Made by a program: the position numbers and the translations under genes. From Alphaproteobacteria bacterium (GTDB lineage Bacteria > Pseudomonadota > Alphaproteobacteria > JABAAW01): a DNA stretch of 64,000 bases. The notes below the pieces were generated by a model. That model was given only the letters and a program-made list of their open reading frames with translations, was not told the origin of the DNA and did not search any database. Position 1 is the stretch's first letter. Each line of letters opens with the position of its first letter. The stretch covers positions 5,990-69,989 of the forward strand of contig JABACB010000005.1 of the NCBI GenBank assembly GCA_014237925.1, written 5' to 3'. This document shows positions 56,738-64,000 of the stretch, piece after piece.

Positions 56738-57012
56738 AGACGCGCGTTGCAGGCACAACACTCTATGACTTTATGGACGCGCATTACAGGCAACGCGCTG
56801 ATCTTATGGACGCGCGTTACAGGCAACGCGCTATGACTTTACGGACGCGCGTTGCAGGCAACGCTCTATGACTTTGACTTTATGGACGCGCGTTACAGGC
56901 AACGCGCTATAGAATAACGGACGCGCGTTCAGGCAACGCGCTGATAGCTTATGGACGCGCGTTACAGGCAACGCGCTGATAGCTTATGGACGCGCGTTGC
57001 AAGCAACGCGCA
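56738..57012. repeat. Tandem array of 8 units (33-41 bp, mostly 35 bp), each with a conserved 27-bp core that contains a 20-bp palindrome
   Basis: The core is (A/T)(T/C)GGACGCGCGTT(A/G)CAGGCAACGCGCT, starting at 56738, 56773, 56806, 56841, 56882, 56917, 56951 and 56986. Linkers are 7-14 bp, and some are identical (gatagctt twice). Confidence 0.9.
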
Positions 57013-57066
57013 AGCAACCTTTCGTTTCACAAAATCTGCTCGCTAGATTGCAAACCTTGTGCGCGT

Positions 57067-58035
57067 CTACTTCCCTTCCTTGTTCTCTCGCTCGCCCTCC
57101 GCTCCCTCCGTTCCCAACAGCGCCAGCAACGGTACTGCCAATCCCACCGAAGAATAAGTCCCCACGATCACCCCCCACCCCAACGCCAAAGCAAAGCTGC
57201 CGATCACACTTCCGCCAAACAACACCAACGCCGCAATCGCCAACAAAGTCGTCACCGAAGTCAAGACCGTCCGAGACAAGGTTCGATTCAACGACCAGTC
57301 AAACAATACCAAGCGATTCTCCTTCTTGTACTTGCGCATCATCTCGCGGATGCGATCGAAAATCACCACCGTATCGTTGATCGAATACCCCGCAATCGTC
57401 AGCAACGCAGCCACACTCGACAAAGCAAACTCGATCTGCAACATTGCAAAAAAACCCACCGTCACCACGACATCGTGAGCCAATGCCAACACCGCCGCCA
57501 ATGCAAACTGCCACTCGAAACGCAGCCAAATGTAGAGCATAATTCCCGCCAACGACAACACAACCGCCAACGCCGCCGCCCGCCGCAACTCGGAGCCTAC
57601 CGTAGGCCCGACCGTCTCCACACGACGATACTCCACAACCGAAACAACTTCTGCCAAAGCACCCTTGATACGCTCGATGCTACGCTGCGGGTTCCACTCC
57701 TCGCCTCCCGCTAGCTTCGGCTTTTGGACGCGCAAAAGGAAAACCGTCTTCGAGCCAAACTCCTGCACGACAACATTGCCCTCCACCACCCCGCGCATCG
57801 TCGAACGCAATGCCGAGAGATCAGGCTCCCTCGCCGTCTCGAACTCCAACAACAGCCCGCCACGAAAATCGATGCCGAAATTGATGCCCCGTCCCAAAAC
57901 ACCGACAAACGAAAGCAACACAAGACACAGCGAAAACAACAACATCCCCTTCCGCCACCGCATGAACGGCAACAGCACTCTCTGCTCGTGAGACAAGGGT
58001 CTGGAAGTTATCAGCGAAAACCAACTGCGCTTCAT
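57067..58035 (-). CDS. secF: Protein translocase subunit SecF
   Basis: 322 aa with GINFGIDFRGG and the six-TM SecF core (IAGYSINDTVVIFDRIRE). Confidence 0.95.
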   Translation of the reverse strand: MKRSWFSLITSRPLSHEQRVLLPFMRWRKGMLLFSLCLVLLSFVGVLGRGINFGIDFRGGLLLEFETAREPDLSALRSTMRGVVEGNVVVQEFGSKTVFLLRVQKPKLAGGEEWNPQRSIERIKGALAEVVSVVEYRRVETVGPTVGSELRRAAALAVVLSLAGIMLYIWLRFEWQFALAAVLALAHDVVVTVGFFAMLQIEFALSSVAALLTIAGYSINDTVVIFDRIREMMRKYKKENRLVLFDWSLNRTLSRTVLTSVTTLLAIAALVLFGGSVIGSFALALGWGVIVGTYSSVGLAVPLLALLGTEGAEGERENKEGK

Positions 58036-58072
58036 CTTTTCATCTCTCCTGCTTCACTTCTCAACCACGAGG

Positions 58073-58124
58073 CTAAGTCGTGAGTCTAAATTGTGAGGCT
58101 AAATCGTGACTCTAAATCGTGACT
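58073..58124. repeat. 13-nt tandem repeat CTAAATCGTGACT, 4 copies, at the secD 3' end
   Basis: Units span 58073-58085, 58086-58098, 58099-58111 and 58112-58124. On the minus strand each unit ends in TAG. The unit at 58112-58124 supplies the last codons and the stop of secD. Confidence 0.88.
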
Positions 58125-59797
58125 TTGGGCGCACGCGAAGAGCGAAACCACCAGCCGACAAGCATGCGCGTCAGCATGACCGCCGTGAAAAGCGAAGTTG
58201 CAATCCCGACCGACAGCGTGACCGCAAAGCCTCGCACGGGGCCTGAGCCGAAAGCAAACAGGATGATCGCTGCAATCAAGGTCGTGATGTTGCTGTCCAC
58301 AATGGTGGCGATGGCGCGTCGATAGCCCGCCTCGATGTTGGCAAGAAGGCTGCCGCCCGCCCTGCTCTCCTCGCGTATGCGCTCGAAGACAAGAACATTG
58401 GCATCGACCGCCATGCCCGTCGTCAGCACGATGCCCGCAATTCCGGGCAGCGTCAGCGTCGCTCCCAGGATCGACAGCACCGCCAAGATAAGAACAAGGT
58501 TCACCGAAAGAGCCGTCGCTGCAAACAATCCGAAGAGCCTGTAGCGCACAACCATAAAGCACAAGACGAGAAGAAATCCGATGAGCGCAGCTCGCTTGCC
58601 CGAACGCACCGAATCCCTACCCAAGCCCGGTCCTACGGTGCGCTCTTCGAGAATCTCCAGCGGCGCAGGCAGTGCCCCTGCACGCAACAGCAGCGCCAGC
58701 TCGTTCGCTTCCTCGACCGAAAAATCGCCCGTGATCACGCCGCTACCTCCCAAGATCGGAGACTGAATGCGCGGCGCGCTAATCACACTCTTGTCCAAAA
58801 CAACCGCAAGAACCTTGCCGACATTCTCACGCGTGACCCTGCCGAAACGTCGCGCTCCGCGTGCATCGAAACGAAAGCTCACGACAGGCCTGTTGTCCTC
58901 AAAAACGGTTTGCGCGTCCAACAAATGCTCGCCGCTAACATACGCGCGACGACGCAAAATGTAATAGCTCTCAGGGTTGCCGTCGATGTCACGCTCGTAC
59001 GAAGGCAGCCGAACGGAATCGGGAGAAACCCTCCCTTCGTCCAAAACTCGCTCGTCCAATAGATGGAAGGTCAGCTTCGCCGTCTTGCCCAGCAACGCCT
59101 TCACCTGTTCAGGATCACGCACCCCGGGAATCTCGACCAACACGCGCGCCGCGCCTTGTCGCTGAATCAGAGGCTCGCGCGTGCCGCTCTCGTCGATACG
59201 CCGCCGCAGAATCTCGATCGTGTGCTGCAACGCCGAAGACAACAATTCCTGCTTCGTCGCCTCGGAAAGACTCAAACTCCAATGTTGCTGCCAAGCTTGT
59301 TGTTTGTTCTGGCGTTCATCCTCTCCGTCCCGCTTCGATAGCTCTTTCGCATCGAAACCCCATTGGCGCGCGAAAGCCCGAAGCGTCTTGCGCGCCGCCT
59401 CGTATTGCTCCTGCCCCTGCTGCTTCTGCTCCTGCTGCTTCTGCTCTCCTTGCCTCTCCTCGCCCTTCAGGGAGAGCGCGATGCTCTGCCCGTCCTGAGC
59501 GCGCGTGAGCTTCGGCGACGCGGCGAGCGCTATCTTGTTGTCGCGCAGCTCTTTTCTGAGCGCGAGCAAGCTGTCCTCAAGCCTCTGCTGCCAGATGGCT
59601 TCGCGCTCGATCTCCATGAGAATATGGATGCCGCCCTCCAAGTCGAGCCCAAGCACGACCCGATGCAGCAGAGCGTCGAGGAAGGGAGGCAAGGCAGCCC
59701 TCTGCTCCTGCGAGAAGAGGTTGCCGCTGGCGACAAGCGCACCGCACAGCACAACTCCAAGCACGCACGCCCGCTTCCACCAGGAATAGAAGAGCAT
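58112..59797 (-). CDS. secD: Protein translocase subunit SecD
   Basis: 561 aa with LGLDLEGG and the C-terminal TM core (GIAGIVLTTGMAVDANVLVFERIREE). A Gln/Glu/Lys-rich insert (EERQGEQKQQEQKQQGQEQ) is encoded at about 59385-59460. Confidence 0.95.
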   Translation of the reverse strand: MLFYSWWKRACVLGVVLCGALVASGNLFSQEQRAALPPFLDALLHRVVLGLDLEGGIHILMEIEREAIWQQRLEDSLLALRKELRDNKIALAASPKLTRAQDGQSIALSLKGEERQGEQKQQEQKQQGQEQYEAARKTLRAFARQWGFDAKELSKRDGEDERQNKQQAWQQHWSLSLSEATKQELLSSALQHTIEILRRRIDESGTREPLIQRQGAARVLVEIPGVRDPEQVKALLGKTAKLTFHLLDERVLDEGRVSPDSVRLPSYERDIDGNPESYYILRRRAYVSGEHLLDAQTVFEDNRPVVSFRFDARGARRFGRVTRENVGKVLAVVLDKSVISAPRIQSPILGGSGVITGDFSVEEANELALLLRAGALPAPLEILEERTVGPGLGRDSVRSGKRAALIGFLLVLCFMVVRYRLFGLFAATALSVNLVLILAVLSILGATLTLPGIAGIVLTTGMAVDANVLVFERIREESRAGGSLLANIEAGYRRAIATIVDSNITTLIAAIILFAFGSGPVRGFAVTLSVGIATSLFTAVMLTRMLVGWWFRSSRAPKVTI

Positions 59798-59867
59798 CGT
59801 AGCCTCAAAGCCTCACGACACAAGGCGCGCGGAGAAGTTGCAGGGGGGGGTATAGCCTAGCGTCTTG

Positions 59868-60311
59868 TTAGCGTCTTTTGACGGGCTGCGGGCTTGCCAC
59901 CAGTTCAAGGACGCTGGAGCGTACCATCTTCACCTTCAGCTTGCTGGCGAGTTCGACCTCGATGTCGCGCTCGTCGATCGTGCGCGTCACGACGGCGTAG
60001 AAGCCGCCGCTGGTGAGAACCTTGTCGCCTCGTTTCAGACAGGCGACGAGCTCGCGGTGTTGCCGCTGCCGCTTCTGTTGCGGACGGATCAGCAGAAAGT
60101 ACATCACCACCACGATGAGCAACAACGGCATGAGCCCCTGCAGCAGAGACCCTCCCCCTGAGGCGGCACCCTGCGCGTAAGCCTGCTTCGAGCTGGCGAG
60201 CAAGGCGAGAAAAACTGCAACGCGAAAAGCGGCAGAGAGGAAGATTGCAGAGAGGAAGGATGCGAGTCCGAAGGATACAAGTTGTCGATATTTGGCGAAA
60301 AGGATGGGCAT
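59868..60311 (-). CDS. yajC: Preprotein translocase subunit YajC
   Basis: LMPLLLIVVVMYFLLIRPQQKRQRQHRELVACLKRGDKVLTSGGFYAVV. The ATG at 60311 was verified. The N-terminal extension relative to typical YajC makes the exact start uncertain. Confidence 0.85.
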   Translation of the reverse strand: MPILFAKYRQLVSFGLASFLSAIFLSAAFRVAVFLALLASSKQAYAQGAASGGGSLLQGLMPLLLIVVVMYFLLIRPQQKRQRQHRELVACLKRGDKVLTSGGFYAVVTRTIDERDIEVELASKLKVKMVRSSVLELVASPQPVKRR

Positions 60312-60563
60312 AAGAGTACCGCGAAAAAAAAGAGGGCTTTTCGCGCCACAGTATACGACAACAAGCGATGATTGCAACAAGCGTGAAGGCAGAAAAAACG
60401 ACTTTTCTCGCGCTCGCTTCGCTCTCGAACGGCACGCAAAAAGCCTTTTTGCGTTTGACAAGTAGAGCGAAAAAAGGGCAGGCTCTATGTTATGGGAAAA
60501 AATAAGAATGGTTGCAAATGATGCGAGAAACGTCTACCATTCTTTCTTTGAGAGGATATTGCC

Positions 60564-61928
60564 ATGAACGCAACGAACCTTACGAATCTTACGGCTTCGC
60601 CAGGGATGGCTTCGCCAGGAAATAGCTTGTGCAACTTGTTGTGCAACTTGTTGTGCAATTTGCGCCACCGCCTGCCCGCCTATTGGCTGGCGAGGCTTGA
60701 ACGAGAATGCTCGAACGATGTGGTGCGTTGCTTCTTCGTGCCGCTTTTCTTGTCTTTTGTGGCGACCTCTTTTGTAGCGGGGTCGGTTTTTTCCAAGACG
60801 GCGCAGGCACAAGAAGCGGAGCAGGAAACAGAGGAAGTCTATCCCCTTCACGATGCCATTCGAGCAGGAAAGACCGAAGAGGCGAGCCGCCTTCTTTCCA
60901 ATCTAGGCAAGAAAGTTCTTTTGCAGCCCGATAGCTACGGCATGCTGCCTCTGCACTACGCCAGCTCGACGGACAACTTTGAGATCGGACGCTTGTTGCT
61001 GGAGCGCTACGGTGCCGATCCGAACGCCAAGCCGCGTGAAGGCAACGACTGGATTCTGCGCGGCAGGACCCCCTTGCATATCGCTGTCACCTCTGCCAAT
61101 CTCGATTTCGTCGAATTGTTGGTCAACAAGGGCGCGAACCTTTTCGCAGGCGACAGGAACGGCGTTCTGCCCTTGCACTTGGCTATCCAGTACGGACGTC
61201 TGCGAGCGGCGAAATTGCTCATGGCGCGCATGGGCAAGAAAGTCCACGCCCATGATGCGAACAGAACAACGCCGTTGCACTTGGCGGCGCAATACGGAAG
61301 AGGCGTCCTTGCCGCCAAGCTGATCGATCTGAAAGGCAAAATCAGCGTGCGCAACGGATACGGACTGACCCCTCTGCACTACGCCGCCAGCGGCGGACAC
61401 GAAGATCTCATCGAGCTTTTGATCGAGAACGGAGCAAAAATCAACGCCATCAACAATCAGGGGGTTACGCCGCTCTATCTGGCTGCGCGCGACAATCGAA
61501 AGCGAGTCGTTGTCCTTCTTCTGTCCGAAAAGTCGATCGACATCGATGTAGCAAACGAAGAAGGCATGACATCGCTCTCCGTCGCGCTTGCCAACGGCAA
61601 CGGCGATATCTCTGGCAGGCTCTTGCAGCGCGGCTTCGATGCGCGCCGCCAAGACAAGGCGGGAAAAAATCTTCTGCACCACGCTGCCAGCGGCGGAGAG
61701 ACCAAGTCTCTCATCGTGATCTTGAAGACGGAAGGGATCAACCCGAATGCTGTCGATAGCCTCGGCAACGCTCCCTTGCACTACGCAACGCAAGCCGACA
61801 AGAAAGGCGCGGTCGAAGAGCTGCTGCAAGCGGGAGCAGACAGCAACTTGCGCAACAAAGAGGACGAAACGGCGCAAGATATTGCACGAAAACTCGGACA
61901 CGACGATGTCCTCTCCGTCTTGCGCTGA
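60564..61928 (+). CDS. Ankyrin-repeat protein 1 (about 10-11 ANK repeats) with a Sec-type signal peptide
   Basis: Repeated xTPLHxAxxxGxxxxxxxLLxxGA modules. The hydrophobic signal segment FFVPLFLSFVATSFVAGSVFSKTAQA|QE comes about 55 aa after the ATG. A GTG at 60720 or 60723 would give a conventional signal peptide. The first ~100 nt contain three different short tandem repeats. Confidence 0.85.
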   Translation: MNATNLTNLTASPGMASPGNSLCNLLCNLLCNLRHRLPAYWLARLERECSNDVVRCFFVPLFLSFVATSFVAGSVFSKTAQAQEAEQETEEVYPLHDAIRAGKTEEASRLLSNLGKKVLLQPDSYGMLPLHYASSTDNFEIGRLLLERYGADPNAKPREGNDWILRGRTPLHIAVTSANLDFVELLVNKGANLFAGDRNGVLPLHLAIQYGRLRAAKLLMARMGKKVHAHDANRTTPLHLAAQYGRGVLAAKLIDLKGKISVRNGYGLTPLHYAASGGHEDLIELLIENGAKINAINNQGVTPLYLAARDNRKRVVVLLLSEKSIDIDVANEEGMTSLSVALANGNGDISGRLLQRGFDARRQDKAGKNLLHHAASGGETKSLIVILKTEGINPNAVDSLGNAPLHYATQADKKGAVEELLQAGADSNLRNKEDETAQDIARKLGHDDVLSVLR

Positions 61929-61948
61929 GGTTGTTGAGAGAAAAAAGC

Positions 61949-63301
61949 ATGCGCTCGGCAAACAATGTCCTCCCCCGCTTTCTCCCCTCTCTAGAGATCC
62001 TCTCTTTAGATGCGCTCGGGCGGCTCGGCCTCCGCCGCGCCCTCTTGTGCTTCTTGTGCCTCTTGTGGTGGAGCTCGGCGCATCAGGGCGGAGCGCAGGC
62101 GCAAGAGATCGACCATCCTTTTCACAACGCCATCCGCCTTCAAGACTTCGTGGAGGCAGAGCGTCTGCTCGACGAACGAGGGGGAGCGCTGCTGACGGAG
62201 ACCGACAGCTTCGGCATGCTGCCTCTTCACAGTGCCGCTTCGTTGGGATCCATGGAGGCGATCGAGTTTCTGATCGACCAAGGCACCGATGTTCGCTACA
62301 TCCCGCAAGGTGGATTCTCTCCGCTGGTGCGCGGACGCTCGCCCTTGCACTTGGCGGTTGCGACGGGCAACACGCAAGTGATCGATCTGTTCGTCGATGC
62401 CGGTGTCGATGTCTTCGCTCAAGACAACAACGGGATCACGCCCCTGCATTTGGCGGTGCAGTACGGAAGGATTCGCGTCGCGACAAGGCTGATCGAAATC
62501 AAAGGCGAGCGAGCGCATATCCGCGATAAGAACGGAACGACCTCCCTCCACCTTGCCTCAAGGCATGGCAGAGAGATCATCATCACAAAATTGCTCTTTT
62601 TGGGCGACTTAGAGAAAATTGCCTTGAGCAAACGGTTGAAAAAATTGCTGTCAAGCGAATCGGGGCTCTCGAAAGAGATTGCACGACGTTGGCGAGCGGG
62701 ACTGGTCAATACGCAAAACAATTTCGGGCTCTCGTCGCTGCACTACGCGTCGCTGGGCGGGCACGAGGAGGCTGTCGAACTGCTGTTGGAGCATGGCGCA
62801 AAGCTCAACATCACCAGCAAACAAGGGCTAACCCCCTTGTTTGTGGCGGCGCGCGCAGGACGCACAGAGATCGTCGAGATCCTCTCCGAGCTTAATGGAA
62901 TCAACTTGGAAGGCGGCGACGCGCTCGCTCACAGCCCCTTGAGCATCGCTGTGATGAACGGACACTTGCGCATCGTCGTACGACTCTTGCAGAGCGGCGC
63001 AGACCCGCACGCCAAAAACAACGACGGCATGCTTCCGCTACACATCGCGGCGCAACGCGGGCATGGGGAAGTGGTTGTTGCCCTGCTGAGGGTCTTGAAG
63101 AAAAGAAAGGGCAACATCGACGAACGCGACAAGCTCGGGAACACTCCTCTTCACTACGCGACGAAAACGGGCAGAAAGGAGCTGGTCAGAGAGCTCTTAC
63201 AAGCAGGAGCAAACAGCAGCTTGCGCAACAGGAAAAACGAAACCGCACAAGACATCGCGGAAGAACGGGGAGACGACGAAGTTCTCTCCGTCTTGCGTTG
63301 A
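61949..63301 (+). CDS. Ankyrin-repeat protein 2 (paralog), with a signal peptide
   Basis: LRRALLCFLCLLWWSSAHQGGAQA|QE, then ANK modules. The C-terminus ETAQDIAEERGDDEVLSVLR is nearly identical to that of protein 1 (ETAQDIARKLGHDDVLSVLR). Confidence 0.88.
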   Translation: MRSANNVLPRFLPSLEILSLDALGRLGLRRALLCFLCLLWWSSAHQGGAQAQEIDHPFHNAIRLQDFVEAERLLDERGGALLTETDSFGMLPLHSAASLGSMEAIEFLIDQGTDVRYIPQGGFSPLVRGRSPLHLAVATGNTQVIDLFVDAGVDVFAQDNNGITPLHLAVQYGRIRVATRLIEIKGERAHIRDKNGTTSLHLASRHGREIIITKLLFLGDLEKIALSKRLKKLLSSESGLSKEIARRWRAGLVNTQNNFGLSSLHYASLGGHEEAVELLLEHGAKLNITSKQGLTPLFVAARAGRTEIVEILSELNGINLEGGDALAHSPLSIAVMNGHLRIVVRLLQSGADPHAKNNDGMLPLHIAAQRGHGEVVVALLRVLKKRKGNIDERDKLGNTPLHYATKTGRKELVRELLQAGANSSLRNRKNETAQDIAEERGDDEVLSVLR

Positions 63302-63375
63302 TTCGAAACAAGGGAGAGGAAACCGAAAGGGAGAAGAAACAGAAAAAAAATGACACAACGAAAGGAAGAGTCACC

Positions 63376-64000
63376 ATGACGAAAAACTACTCCGCAAACC
63401 GCGCTCCCCTCCCTTGCTTGTTGGGTGCGTTTTGCTTTCATGCTCTTTTGTGCCTCCTGTTGTGGAGCGTACATCCGAGCGAGGCGCAGACGCCAAAGAC
63501 AACCTATCCGTTCCACGAAGCGCTTCGCTCGCAAGACTTGGACGCAGCGAAACGTTTGTTTCTGAAAGGCGGCAAGGAGCTTCTCACAGAAACGGACAAA
63601 TTCGGCATGCTGGCGTTGCACAGCGCGATCTCGACAGGCTCGGTCGAATCTGTGCAGTTTCTCATCGACCAAGGGGTCGATCCGAACTACAAGCCTGAGG
63701 GGAGCTACTCTCCAAGCATACGAGGACGCTCGCCGTTGCATTTGGCGGTAGCGACACGAAACGAGGAGATCGTCTTGATGTTGCTCGACATCGGCGCCGA
63801 TGTCTTCGCTGCCGACGACGGCGGTGCAACGCCCCTGCATGTGGCAACCCAGTACGGAAGCCAAGCCATCGCACCCAGGCTCATCAAGATGATGGGAGAG
63901 CGTGCGCATGCGCGCGACCACAACGGAACAACCCCCTTGCACATCGCCGCACGGCAGGGACATCGTGATTTGACCGCAAGATTGCTCTTTCTCGAAAACC
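63376..64000 (+). CDS. Ankyrin-repeat protein 3 (paralog), 5' part; it continues beyond the window
   Basis: Not in the ORF track because there is no stop before the window edge. My own translation from the ATG at 63376 gives MTKNYSANRAPLPCLLGAFCFHALLCLLLWSVHPSEAQT...FGMLALHSAISTGSVESVQFLIDQG...RGRSPLHLAVATRN..., which is colinear with protein 2. Confidence 0.85.
   Translation, partial: MTKNYSANRAPLPCLLGAFCFHALLCLLLWSVHPSEAQTPKTTYPFHEALRSQDLDAAKRLFLKGGKELLTETDKFGMLALHSAISTGSVESVQFLIDQGVDPNYKPEGSYSPSIRGRSPLHLAVATRNEEIVLMLLDIGADVFAADDGGATPLHVATQYGSQAIAPRLIKMMGERAHARDHNGTTPLHIAARQGHRDLTARLLFLEN

Noticed and set aside
56085-56756. A 223-aa minus-strand ORF in the gap between the MBL hydrolase gene and secF
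   Set aside because: There is no ATG anywhere in the frame. The only start is a GTG inside the first palindrome unit. The product is Ser/Pro/Lys/Thr-rich and low in complexity. The open frame is explained by the strong strand skew (few G on the minus strand, hence few stops). I kept it only as part of the orphan-region finding.
56738-57012. Possible CRISPR array (regularly spaced direct repeats)
   Set aside because: The intervening segments are only 7-14 bp and partly identical to each other (gatagctt twice, atgacttt-type). The repeat core is 27 bp, so the total period is about 35 bp, far below a CRISPR repeat plus spacer. No cas genes or leader are present in the window.

Overview
The window is a chromosomal segment with high G+C content (about 55-60% by eye). 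Gene content and order suggest an alphaproteobacterium, for example mdh-sucC-sucD, tatABC-serS, tmk-holB-metG-tatD-MBL hydrolase and yajC-secD-secF. That assignment is an inference; no database search was possible. I can support about 55 protein genes, mostly housekeeping:
- a Dpp/Opp-type ABC importer
- a SorA-like molybdoenzyme with a diheme cytochrome c
- TCA cycle genes, rnd, ubiG, lysC, a rodZ-like gene, ispG and folD
- fabG-acpP-fabF-mltG
- several cell-wall hydrolases (an NlpD-like protein, an NlpC/P60 peptidase, an MltB-like transglycosylase, RlpA)
- kdsA, eno, a macro-domain protein, lipB, maeB, mgtE, dapA and smpB
- two tRNAs that the ORF track does not show: Gly-CCC and Leu-GAG

Five things stand out.
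1. An AT-rich GIY-YIG/T5orf172-like gene sits between metG and tatD. It is bracketed by a perfect 19-bp inverted repeat and lies in a 1.5-kb spacer packed with hairpins.
2. Eight ~35-bp tandem units, each holding a 20-bp palindrome, lie next to a ~0.7-kb G+T-skewed stretch with no gene, between the MBL hydrolase gene and secF.
3. Tandem repeats with 12-15-nt units are extremely dense. Many sit at gene 5' ends or across start and stop codons. Their in-frame counterparts appear as low-complexity insertions in many core enzymes.
4. A REP-like palindrome family has four copies in the window.
5. Three tandem paralogous ankyrin-repeat genes, each with a Sec-type signal peptide, run off the right edge. 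This suggests a host-associated lifestyle.

I found no CRISPR array, rRNA, transposase or integrase. Many long ORFs in the track are antisense artefacts of the high G+C content. All functional calls rest on motif recognition by eye.
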